From assembly GCA_945888995.1 (NCBI GenBank), contig CAMDBA010000002.1, forward strand, positions 1,345 through 65,344: a DNA stretch of 64,000 bases, given 5' to 3'. Position 1 is the stretch's first letter; each line of letters starts with the position of its first letter. The position numbers and the translations under genes were made by a program. The notes under the pieces were generated by a model. That model worked only from the letters and a program-made list of their open reading frames with translations. It searched no databases and was not told where the DNA came from. This stretch comes from a bacterium UBP8_UBA817 (GTDB lineage: Bacteria; Margulisbacteria; Marinamargulisbacteria; CAMDBA01). Below, one piece after another: positions 10,027 to 18,365 of this stretch.

Positions 10027-10912
10027 AGTCGAACTTAGTGTCATCATTGTGAATTATAACGGCGCGGCCTATATCCCCGAATGCCTTGAGTCGGTCTTGA
10101 AAAGCGAAGACGTATTGTTCGAAGTCATTGTCGTAGATAATGCGTCGCCGGATAATTCTTTATCGGTTTTAGAGCGCTATCGCGATCGGGTTAAGCTGAT
10201 CGCAAGTCCGGTTAACGGGGGGTTTTCGGCCGGGAATAATATCGGCATCGACGCATCCTCCGGGGACTACGTATGTCTACTCAATAATGACACGGTGGTA
10301 AATCCGGATACATTGGCTACGTTATTAAATTATCTCAAGCAAAATTCATCAGTCGGCGCAGTAGGGCCTAAACTTTTAAATGCGGACGGTTCTCCTCAAT
10401 ATACCGGCAGTGTTTTAGGCCACTGGCAGTACAAAACTGGAAAAGCCCGAAAAGTCGGATTTCTCTCCGGCGCGGCATTTATGACCCGTCGATCTCTATT
10501 AGATCAAATCGGTGGATTGGATGAAAATTATTTCTTCTACAACGAAGATCTGGATCTGTGTAAAACCATTCTCAAAGCCGGGTATACGTTGGTCTATCTT
10601 CCGACTGCCGAATTAATCCATTTCGGCGGCGTGGCAACGGCCACCCGAAAAGCGGCCTCTATTATCGAAGGCTACCGGGGAGGGCTTTATTTTTGTTCTA
10701 AGCACTATCCGAAAGCCATTTTTAGGCTATATCAGTTTATCTTAGGGCTTTATTTTTTAATCCGGCTGGCCATTTATTTCCCATTCAGTGTGTTTTCCGA
10801 TCACTATCAGGACTTATTTCGAGCCTATTTAACCTGTTGGCGGATCCTACTGAAAAACGACTTAACCCTAAAAAAAGCAAAACAAAAGACCGCTGCTGCG
10901 AAAGACCGGTAA
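10016..10912 (+). CDS. Glycosyltransferase, family 2
   Basis: 298 aa. LSVIIVNYNG...VVDNASPDNS, LLNNDT and NEDLDLC motifs, as in rhamnosyl-type GT2 enzymes. Confidence 0.85.
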   Translation: MPDKVELSVIIVNYNGAAYIPECLESVLKSEDVLFEVIVVDNASPDNSLSVLERYRDRVKLIASPVNGGFSAGNNIGIDASSGDYVCLLNNDTVVNPDTLATLLNYLKQNSSVGAVGPKLLNADGSPQYTGSVLGHWQYKTGKARKVGFLSGAAFMTRRSLLDQIGGLDENYFFYNEDLDLCKTILKAGYTLVYLPTAELIHFGGVATATRKAASIIEGYRGGLYFCSKHYPKAIFRLYQFILGLYFLIRLAIYFPFSVFSDHYQDLFRAYLTCWRILLKNDLTLKKAKQKTAAAKDR

Positions 10913-10923
10913 AGGATCACTTT

Positions 10924-11592
10924 ATGTTAAAACACGGTAAACAAATTTTAATTGCCAGTTTCATTATCGGAGCCTTGTTTGCCGGAGCGACTGCATTCGC
11001 GGGTCCGTTATATAAAATTGATCCCGAATTACAGTCTGAAATCAATCAAAACAGAGCTAAGCTTGTGCAGAATCCATCCGCGGAAACCCATTTTGAGCTG
11101 GCGATGTCATACACCTACACGGGGCAGGTTGAAGATGGTTGGGACTTGTTACAAAAAATACCGAACTATGACAAAGACTATTCCTCAAAAGTCATAAAAA
11201 AATACGAAGCCTTGAGCAAAAGCAATCCGAAGGAATGGAAGTATCCGTTTAAATTAGCTTTTGGCTATTATTTTTCAGAGCGAAAACGGGAGGCTCTTGC
11301 CCAATTTGAAAGAGCGCTTCGTCTCGACGCAGGAAATCCATGGATAATGGGCTTCATCGCCTTGGCTAAAGGCGATCTGGGGCAGCTTGATGAAGCGATC
11401 GAGCTTTGTAAACAGGCGATCAAGATTCAGCCTAACGGAACCGCGCTTCATTTCTTGCTGGCGCAGGGATTTCAGAAAAAAGGAGATTATGCGGGGTTTC
11501 TTGGAGAGACTCTCACCGTGCTTCGGTTAAGATCAGAAGAAGCGCAGTATAATACCAAAAATAGTAAGAATCCTCACCGTTTTGATAATTAG
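10924..11592 (+). CDS. Secreted TPR-repeat protein
   Basis: The internal ATG at 10924 gives the signal-peptide-like MLKHGKQILIASFIIGALFAGATAFA. TPR-like helices follow (ALAQFERALRLDAGNPW, AIELCKQAIKIQPNG). Confidence 0.6.
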   Translation: MLKHGKQILIASFIIGALFAGATAFAGPLYKIDPELQSEINQNRAKLVQNPSAETHFELAMSYTYTGQVEDGWDLLQKIPNYDKDYSSKVIKKYEALSKSNPKEWKYPFKLAFGYYFSERKREALAQFERALRLDAGNPWIMGFIALAKGDLGQLDEAIELCKQAIKIQPNGTALHFLLAQGFQKKGDYAGFLGETLTVLRLRSEEAQYNTKNSKNPHRFDN

Positions 11593-11601
11593 TCCGGTTA
11601 T

Positions 11602-12156
11602 ATGCAGGCTTTTATAAAGAAATACGCCGTTAATAGTGGCATTATTCTCTTCTTCGGCGTGATTATTGTCCTGGCCATTCGAGAACCGAATGTGTCTGAT
11701 TTGCCGGCATCCAAATCAACAGAGCCTGATTTTACGTTTAAGAATGTCTCGATCACGATGTGGGAAGGTCAGAAAAAACTGTGGCATTTGAAAAGCAAAG
11801 GCGCTAGTCTTCATACCCAAGATTATCCATCAAGAATGACTTTGATAAACGGCACTGTTTATGAAGGCGGCAGAGTGCATTATTTTAGCGCGCCAACCGC
11901 AAAGTTTGTTTGGGGAGATGCCGCGCTCTCTCTTGAAAATGCCAAAGTAACCTACAATATGGATACGAATCCGGTATTGGCGTTTGTACGGATATTAGAA
12001 TTTGACCCGGATCAGCAAGTACTAAACGGGAAAGGCGGTGTCACGGTAAAATCATCGTACGGCCAATTTAACGGTCAATGGTTTAAAGCCGACTTACCAC
12101 GCCGGACGGCTTTAGTGTACGGCCGACCCCAAGCACAATTTAATCTCGATAAATAG
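11602..12156 (+). CDS. Membrane-anchored periplasmic protein, LptC/OstA-like
   Basis: 184 aa with a single N-terminal TM helix. A beta-rich repeat pattern follows, resembling LptC. Pattern recognition only. Confidence 0.35.
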   Translation: MQAFIKKYAVNSGIILFFGVIIVLAIREPNVSDLPASKSTEPDFTFKNVSITMWEGQKKLWHLKSKGASLHTQDYPSRMTLINGTVYEGGRVHYFSAPTAKFVWGDAALSLENAKVTYNMDTNPVLAFVRILEFDPDQQVLNGKGGVTVKSSYGQFNGQWFKADLPRRTALVYGRPQAQFNLDK

Positions 12157-12163
12157 GAACCTT

Positions 12164-12892
12164 ATGAAACCCGTAAAACCCATAAAACTAGAAGAATTTC
12201 TCGCCTCGCAAACGGCGTATTCCCGCCGTAAAATTTTGGATCTGCTCAACGCTGGTGAAGTATCAGTAAATGGCGTGCCCGTCACAAGCTTAAGTCATCC
12301 CGTTCAACCGAAAACCGATCAGATTAAGGTCGGGACGGTTAAAATTGAGCACGAGATTCCGTATATGTACTATAAATTTAATAAACCCAAAGATGTGATC
12401 TGCACGCTTCATGATCCGAAAGGGCGGCGGGATTTAATGGAGTTTTTAAGACCGTTTCCGCAATCCTTAACCCCTGTGGGTAGGCTGGATCGGCAGACAA
12501 AAGGCTTGCTGTTATTTACCAATGACGGCGAATTTGCGAATCGTCTGATGCATCCTCGATATGGCGTGAGTAAACTCTATACGGTTACCCTGGATCAGGC
12601 ACCGACGGCGCGTCATTTGGAACGGTTAACCGAAGGCATGATGCTCGAAGACGGCCCTATCCGATTTTCCAGTATTGAAATTGTAGACAATAAAATATTA
12701 AAAGTCAGCCTTAAAGAAGGCCGAAATCGGATTGTGAGACGCACGTTTGACCATTTGGGCTACACGGTTGAAAAACTCAAACGGATTGCAATCGGACCGA
12801 TTTTGTTAGGCAAGCTTGCCGAAGGGGACATGCAGCCGCTGAGCTCAGGAGAGCTTCGAACCCTCAAGACCCAACTCGGACTTACAAAGTGA
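12164..12892 (+). CDS. rRNA pseudouridine synthase (RsuA/RluB family, S4 domain)
   Basis: 242 aa. N-terminal S4-like region and catalytic motif GRLDRQTKGLLLFTNDG. Confidence 0.85.
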   Translation: MKPVKPIKLEEFLASQTAYSRRKILDLLNAGEVSVNGVPVTSLSHPVQPKTDQIKVGTVKIEHEIPYMYYKFNKPKDVICTLHDPKGRRDLMEFLRPFPQSLTPVGRLDRQTKGLLLFTNDGEFANRLMHPRYGVSKLYTVTLDQAPTARHLERLTEGMMLEDGPIRFSSIEIVDNKILKVSLKEGRNRIVRRTFDHLGYTVEKLKRIAIGPILLGKLAEGDMQPLSSGELRTLKTQLGLTK

Positions 12893-14502
12893 CGTTCGAG
12901 CTGTCGGTATATGAATTTGATTGCGTTATTGTCGGTAGCGGGATTGCAGGGTTGCGCGCAGCGGAAGTCGTAGGTCCTCATGCCAGAACCTGTGTGATTA
13001 CAAAAGGGAAATCCAAAGAAAGCTCAACCCAGTATGCACAAGGCGGTATTGCGGTTGCTCTTAATGAAGATGATGCGCCGTCCCATCATTTTGAGGACAC
13101 ATTGGCCGCAGGTGATGGGCTGTGTGATCCCGAAGCTGTTCGTGTATTAGTGGAAGATGGCCCGCGACGTGTCGAAGAGCTCATTGGCATGGGTGCAAAT
13201 TTTGATAAAAAAAACGGGGATTTTGATTTCACAACCGAAGGCGCACATCGGAAGCGCCGGATTTTGCATGCGGGTGATGCGACCGGCCGTGAAATCGAAA
13301 AAGCGCTGGGCCGTAAATTGCTTTTGGATGGGTATGTTAGTTTCTTCGAAGATACGGCTGTTTTGGAACTCTTAGTTCAGGACAAGCGGTGTTATGGGTG
13401 TATTGCGATAAAAGCCGGGAAGCTGGCGGTTTTTTACGCCAAATCGGTGATTTTGGCGACCGGCGGTTATAGCCAGGTGTATGCGTATAATACGAACCCG
13501 CCGCTGGCCACTGGGGATGGGATTGCGCTGGCCTATAATGCAGGCTGCGAAGTCGCGGACATGGAATTCGTGCAATTTCATCCGACAACGTTATATTTAG
13601 GAGACAAAAAGCCGATTTCTATTTTCCTGATTACGGAAGCGGTGAGAGGCGAAGGGGCGATTTTGTTGAATCAAAATCTAGAACGCTTTATGCCTCGTTA
13701 TCATCCGGATGCCGAACTTGCGCCGCGTGACATTGTATCCCGCGCTATTTTGTCTGAGATGCAAAACACAAAGACCGATCATGTCTATCTGGATCTGAGC
13801 GGATTGACCGTGGATATTCCAAGCCGGTTTCCGACCATTTATAAACGCTGCCTGGAATCTCAGATTGATATTACTAAAAGTTTTATTCCCGTAGCGCCGG
13901 CTGCGCATTATTGTATGGGGGGGATTTGCACGGATGTTTGGGCCCGGACTACCATTGATGGACTATATGCCGCTGGGGAAGTGACGTCGATGGGCATTCA
14001 CGGCGCCAATCGGCTGGCCTCTAATTCTCTTCTGGACGGATTGGTATTCGGTTATAGAGCCGGTCGGCATGTGGTGGATTCTTTGCCGGGTAACGCCGAG
14101 CCTTTGGATAGGGCTTTGCCTATGCGTGATCGCTTTGTGCCCAGTCACCAGGATCGGATCAAATTGATGCGTATTCGCGAAGAGTTGAGATCTTTGATGT
14201 GGCATGACGTGGGGATTGTTCGTGAAGGGGACGCTCTTGAAAAAGTGCTGAACCGATTAAAGGGCTTTGAATCTGCAATTGCCGGGTTTGGCTTTCACGA
14301 GGACGTGATTGAAGTCCAAAATATGCTGCTTGTTTCTCGTTTGTGCGCAGAGTTCGCATTCGCAAGGCAAGAGAGTCGGGGCGCTCACTTCAGAGTGGAT
14401 TTTCCGGTACGCGATGACGTGGCATGGCAGCTCCACCTGGTGGGTAAAGCATCGGGAGCGCAGTTAGAAAAAGTGCCGAATATCGCTAAGCGACCGCTGT
14501 GA
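12889..14502 (+). CDS. nadB: L-aspartate oxidase
   Basis: 537 aa. FAD motif DCVIVGSGIAGLRAA, and RESRGAHFRVDFP near the C-terminus. Confidence 0.95.
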   Translation: MTFELSVYEFDCVIVGSGIAGLRAAEVVGPHARTCVITKGKSKESSTQYAQGGIAVALNEDDAPSHHFEDTLAAGDGLCDPEAVRVLVEDGPRRVEELIGMGANFDKKNGDFDFTTEGAHRKRRILHAGDATGREIEKALGRKLLLDGYVSFFEDTAVLELLVQDKRCYGCIAIKAGKLAVFYAKSVILATGGYSQVYAYNTNPPLATGDGIALAYNAGCEVADMEFVQFHPTTLYLGDKKPISIFLITEAVRGEGAILLNQNLERFMPRYHPDAELAPRDIVSRAILSEMQNTKTDHVYLDLSGLTVDIPSRFPTIYKRCLESQIDITKSFIPVAPAAHYCMGGICTDVWARTTIDGLYAAGEVTSMGIHGANRLASNSLLDGLVFGYRAGRHVVDSLPGNAEPLDRALPMRDRFVPSHQDRIKLMRIREELRSLMWHDVGIVREGDALEKVLNRLKGFESAIAGFGFHEDVIEVQNMLLVSRLCAEFAFARQESRGAHFRVDFPVRDDVAWQLHLVGKASGAQLEKVPNIAKRPL

Positions 14503-15232
14503 TTTTCGGTTCGGAGGCCTTGCAATAAAAGACCAGGCATAATAAGTCGATAAATGTGGTCATCGCCGCCTGGAAACCTACCCAGAGGATCGATTTTCCG
14601 ATAACAGGGACTTCGAGCAATACTGGACTAATGATGCTGATAGAGACCAATGCAATGAGGATAATAAAGCTAGTCAGCCATAAGACTTGTTTAAATGAAT
14701 ATCGGAGTAAGTAAAAAGACCGTTTAATCGCTGTCCAGCCGTTGGACGATGTCGTAATGACAATGCTGGGAACAAAATTAAGCAAAAGGCTGAGAAAAAT
14801 AAGCGGAATAAATGTCAGAAAAAGAAGCGCCAAAATGCCGAGATCCGGTGTGGGAGATTGAACGGCGTTGGCATTTATTTCCCACCATTTTAATAGCCCG
14901 AATATTGGGAAGATCAGCATGCCGGTGCCTACCATCATCGCAGGAAGTTTTTTGGCAAAAGTCCGTATGTTTTCTACCGGGGGAATCTCCTTTTTTTGGT
15001 AAAGCTGAAAGCCAAGATGGAGGGTGAATCCTTTGAAAAGTAAATCTGCAACCCAGCCGAAGATAATTAATTTGGCAATAAAATACAAAGAAGAGGACTT
15101 AATACCTGATAATGGCAACGTTTCGAAAATGGTGACGGCTGAGAAAAAAATAAGGTAGGGCGCAACGATCAACGGATCTTTTTTGAGAAGAGAAAAGGCG
15201 TCGGAAGTAACGGTTTTGATGCTCAGATTCAT
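14486..15232 (-). CDS. Polytopic membrane protein, function unknown
   Basis: 248 aa with about 6 hydrophobic helices and no recognisable motif. The 3' end overlaps nadB convergently by 17 nt. Confidence 0.5.
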   Translation of the reverse strand: MNLSIKTVTSDAFSLLKKDPLIVAPYLIFFSAVTIFETLPLSGIKSSSLYFIAKLIIFGWVADLLFKGFTLHLGFQLYQKKEIPPVENIRTFAKKLPAMMVGTGMLIFPIFGLLKWWEINANAVQSPTPDLGILALLFLTFIPLIFLSLLLNFVPSIVITTSSNGWTAIKRSFYLLRYSFKQVLWLTSFIILIALVSISIISPVLLEVPVIGKSILWVGFQAAMTTFIDLLCLVFYCKASEPKITAVA

Positions 15233-15390
15233 GGTAGGTTAAGGGTATAGTTTATCCCATAAATTGTCTACCGAGAGCAGCCTGTTTTTTTGTCTTGGTT
15301 TCACGAGATGGTTTGAGAAATGACCGGTTGGAACGCCTCTTTTCCAATAGGCCAAATTTGTTGAAAATACGTGTAAATTTTGTCTTCAGG

Positions 15391-15419
15391 TTGCGCGATG
15401 GCTATCGCCTAGGTATAAT
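15391..15419 (+). promoter_or_regulatory. Candidate sigma-70 promoter upstream of the small ORF and glgA
   Basis: TTGCGC (15391-15396), a 17-nt spacer, then TATAAT (15414-15419). The spacer contains the small palindrome GCGATggctATCGC. Confidence 0.4.
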
Positions 15420-15538
15420 TCGAAAATAGTTTCAAAAAAAGTTTTGAGACGTGCCGGCCTTCATCAGTGGGGCTGTTGTAGTAATAAAATCAGATCCGTA
15501 TATTAGTGTCGAATGTAAGACAAAAAGTGAGGTAAGTT

Positions 15539-15673
15539 GTGAGGGAAGAACTAGAAAAAAAACGCAAAAGTGACTTGATTGCGCTGGCAAAACAACTCAA
15601 TATCAAAGGACGGTCCGTCCTAAAAAAAGACCTATTAATCCAAAAGATTATTCAGGTATCTACAAAAAAATAA
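15539..15673 (+). CDS. Small protein (44 aa) with a Rho-N/SAP-like helix-extension-helix motif
   Basis: Too short for the ORF track. GTG start preceded by GTGAGG. Translation: VREELEKKRKSDLIALAKQLNIKGRSVLKKDLLIQKIIQVSTKK. The DLIALAKQLNIKG...KKDLLIQKI pattern matches the Rho N-terminal/SAP motif. Confidence 0.45.
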   Translation: MREELEKKRKSDLIALAKQLNIKGRSVLKKDLLIQKIIQVSTKK

Positions 15674-15704
15674 CGACTACCCCATACCAAGGAGATTATT
15701 ATTA

Positions 15705-17174
15705 ATGAATATCGTACTCGTATCATCTGAAGTGGTACCTTTTGCAAAAACAGGTGGTTTGGCTGACGTCGCAGGAACTTTGCCGATTGCACTGAGAGCA
15801 GAGGGGCATCAGGTATCGATTTTTATGCCTCGATATAAGGATGTTAGTAAGCAAAAATTTGGGTTAACCAGTGTTTTGAAGCGAGTACGGCTTCGAATGG
15901 AAACCGGAACCAAAGAGTTTAATATCTTTACCGCAATGCTGCCCGGTACCGATATCCCGGTCTATTTCATTGATAAAGAACTGTATTTTCAGCGTGAGCA
16001 GCTGTATCAGGAAAATGGCCAAGACTATCCGGATAACGCCGAACGGTTCCATTATTTTTGCTTAGCGGTCCTTGAGAGCTTAAAAGTCCTGGATATTTCG
16101 CCGGACGTGATTCATTGCAATGACTGGCAGACGGCCATGATTCCGGTTTACTTAAAAACCACCCTTCAAGAGGATCCTTTTTATAAAAATATAGCGACTA
16201 TTTATACGATTCATAACTTGGCGTATCAGGGTCTCTTTGAGTTCGACGTTTTGTCGCAGTTAGGCTTAGATGAGGCCTTGTTTCATTCGGACCGGTTGGA
16301 ATTTTGGGGAAAAGTAAATTTTTCAAAAGGCGGGCTCGTTTATGCCGATATTCTGAATACCGTTTCCGAGCGGTATAGTAAAGAAATTCAAAGCAACGAA
16401 TTCGGCTGCGGTCTGGACGGTTTGCTATCCAGCCGGGCGAAAGATTTATACGGTATTTTGAATGGCTTGGATTACACGCAATGGAATCCGGAAACCGACC
16501 CAACCCTGCCTGCCAATTTCTCCGTAGCCACATTGGAGAAAAAAGCCGAAAGCAAAAAGAAGCTCTTAAAACTCAATAAATTAACGTATTCGGAAGATGT
16601 TCCGGTTTTGGGTCTGATTTCTCGTCTGGCCGATCAAAAAGGATTTGATATTTTATCGAGCGTGATCGATCAAATTCTGAACATGAATGTCCAGTTCGTC
16701 TTGTTAGGAACCGGAGATCCGAAATATCACGACTTATTTGAAGCACTTGAAAAGAAATATTCGAAAAAGATGAAGGCGAGCCTTAAATTTGACGGTGCAC
16801 TGTCACAATTGGTTTATGCCGGATCCGATATGTTTTTAATGCCATCGCATTACGAGCCTTGCGGGTTGGGCCAATTGATTAGTTTAAAGTACGGGACAGT
16901 ACCGATTGTTCGAGAGACCGGTGGACTTGCGGATACGATCATTGATGCGGACCAGGATCCAAAAAATGGGAATGGCTTTATGTTTTCGGAATATACCGGC
17001 GAAGCTCTTCTAGATGCAGTAAAGCGTGCGGTAGCCGGCTATTCGCAGAATAAAAAAAGGTGGCAAGCGATTCAGAAACGCGGTATGGATGCAGATTTTT
17101 CTTGGGGAGCCTCTGCCCGTAAATATGGCGAGCTTTATCAAAAAGCCTTGGAAAAAAAGCAAGTTCCCGCCTAA
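15705..17174 (+). CDS. glgA: Glycogen (starch) synthase
   Basis: 489 aa. Hallmark N-terminus SSEVVPFAKTGGLADV and C-terminal GT5 region PSHYEPCGLGQL. Confidence 0.95.
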   Translation: MNIVLVSSEVVPFAKTGGLADVAGTLPIALRAEGHQVSIFMPRYKDVSKQKFGLTSVLKRVRLRMETGTKEFNIFTAMLPGTDIPVYFIDKELYFQREQLYQENGQDYPDNAERFHYFCLAVLESLKVLDISPDVIHCNDWQTAMIPVYLKTTLQEDPFYKNIATIYTIHNLAYQGLFEFDVLSQLGLDEALFHSDRLEFWGKVNFSKGGLVYADILNTVSERYSKEIQSNEFGCGLDGLLSSRAKDLYGILNGLDYTQWNPETDPTLPANFSVATLEKKAESKKKLLKLNKLTYSEDVPVLGLISRLADQKGFDILSSVIDQILNMNVQFVLLGTGDPKYHDLFEALEKKYSKKMKASLKFDGALSQLVYAGSDMFLMPSHYEPCGLGQLISLKYGTVPIVRETGGLADTIIDADQDPKNGNGFMFSEYTGEALLDAVKRAVAGYSQNKKRWQAIQKRGMDADFSWGASARKYGELYQKALEKKQVPA

Positions 17175-17275
17175 CCCAACTTCGTCAAAAAACAGCGATT
17201 TTGAGGCTAAGTTCTAAATTTCCCATCACTACAAATTGATTTTCTGATCACGAAGATACAGCATCCCCCTCGGCG

Positions 17276-18214
17276 TTAATGCACCCCCCACCTAACCTCC
17301 CCCCTTGATAAGGGGAGGTTAGGTTTATCCGCAGAAGCTTTAGCGTAGGAGGGAGGGCGTGAATTGAGAACCGCACTTTTCATAATAGAGTAGGGCGCTT
17401 TGTGTCCGGTAAATAATTCGAAGGCAATCGCGCCTTGACCGATCAGCATGCTCAGACCCCCATGAACGTTTACACCTTTAGATGCGGCGATAGCCATGAG
17501 ACGGGTTTCGGAAGGTTTATAGACAATATCGTATAGAACATGGTGTGCGCTAAGCCAAGAGGTGTCTTCGATAGGTAAGGTCTCTTCATTCGGGCTCATC
17601 CCCGCCGATGTCGTGTTAACGACGATATCAGCATTCTTGAGTAGTTGTACGGCCGTTGGATCGGCAGACGTCACAGAATCAATCGGCGTATAGGCGCCGA
17701 TCTTAAGATGATCGACCAGGCTGTGGAGCGAGGGTTCGGACCTGTTGATTAATATAAGGCGGGAAACGCCTGCCCTGAGTAATTCAAATGCGATTCCTCT
17801 GGCCGAGCCTCCTGCACCTAGAATGGCCACGACTTTTCCTTTGAGCTCGACGCCTGCTTCGATGTTTAAGGCGACTAAAAACCCTTCACCGTCCGTATTG
17901 TATCCGACGAGTTTGCCGTCCCGATTCACAATTGTATTCACCGCCCCGATTTTGGCGGCGGCTTCGGAAAGATCATCCAGATAAGGCAGTACTTTTTCTT
18001 TGAACGGAACCGTGACATTTACACCGGCTAAATTCAGCGCCCGAATGGCCGTAACTGCCGAAGCGAGTTCGGGTTCCTGAACCAGGAAGGGAACATACGC
18101 ATAGTTGAGATTCAGGTGCCGGAAAGCAGCGTTGTGCATACGGGGAGAAGCCGTGTGCGCGATGGGGTTTCCGAAGATGCCGATAAGTTTTGTTTGGCCG
18201 TTAATGGCTGTCAT
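17276..18214 (-). CDS. aroE: Shikimate dehydrogenase with a C-terminal tail read from a palindromic element
   Basis: 312 aa. GIFGNPIAHTASPRMHNAAF, NVTVPFKE and GAGGSARG motifs. The last ~15 codons (NLPLSRGEVRWGVH) and the stop lie inside the 17290-17324 hairpin. Confidence 0.9.
   Translation of the reverse strand: MTAINGQTKLIGIFGNPIAHTASPRMHNAAFRHLNLNYAYVPFLVQEPELASAVTAIRALNLAGVNVTVPFKEKVLPYLDDLSEAAAKIGAVNTIVNRDGKLVGYNTDGEGFLVALNIEAGVELKGKVVAILGAGGSARGIAFELLRAGVSRLILINRSEPSLHSLVDHLKIGAYTPIDSVTSADPTAVQLLKNADIVVNTTSAGMSPNEETLPIEDTSWLSAHHVLYDIVYKPSETRLMAIAASKGVNVHGGLSMLIGQGAIAFELFTGHKAPYSIMKSAVLNSRPPSYAKASADKPNLPLSRGEVRWGVH
17290..17324. repeat. GC-rich palindromic (REP-like) element A
   Basis: Perfect 13-bp stem ACCTAACCTCCCC / GGGGAGGTTAGGT with a 9-nt loop. 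Sits in the glgA/aroE convergent gap. Confidence 0.7.
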
Positions 18215-18287
18215 AAAAGATCCTATGGCTTAATTTTACACGAAAGATGACACAGTACCTAGGCAGCTGCTTTGATGCAACCTTTTG

Positions 18288-18317
18288 TTGGCCAAATATC
18301 CGAAAATCTTGTATAAA
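18288..18317 (+). promoter_or_regulatory. Candidate promoter for the 18366-26751 operon
   Basis: TTGGCC (18288-18293), an 18-nt spacer, then TATAAA (18312-18317). An AAGGAG Shine-Dalgarno sequence lies ahead of the ATG at 18366. Confidence 0.3.
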
Positions 18318-18365
18318 GTGGGGAGATTTTTTTCTAGTCATGTTGTCATTTTAAGGAGTCTTTTA

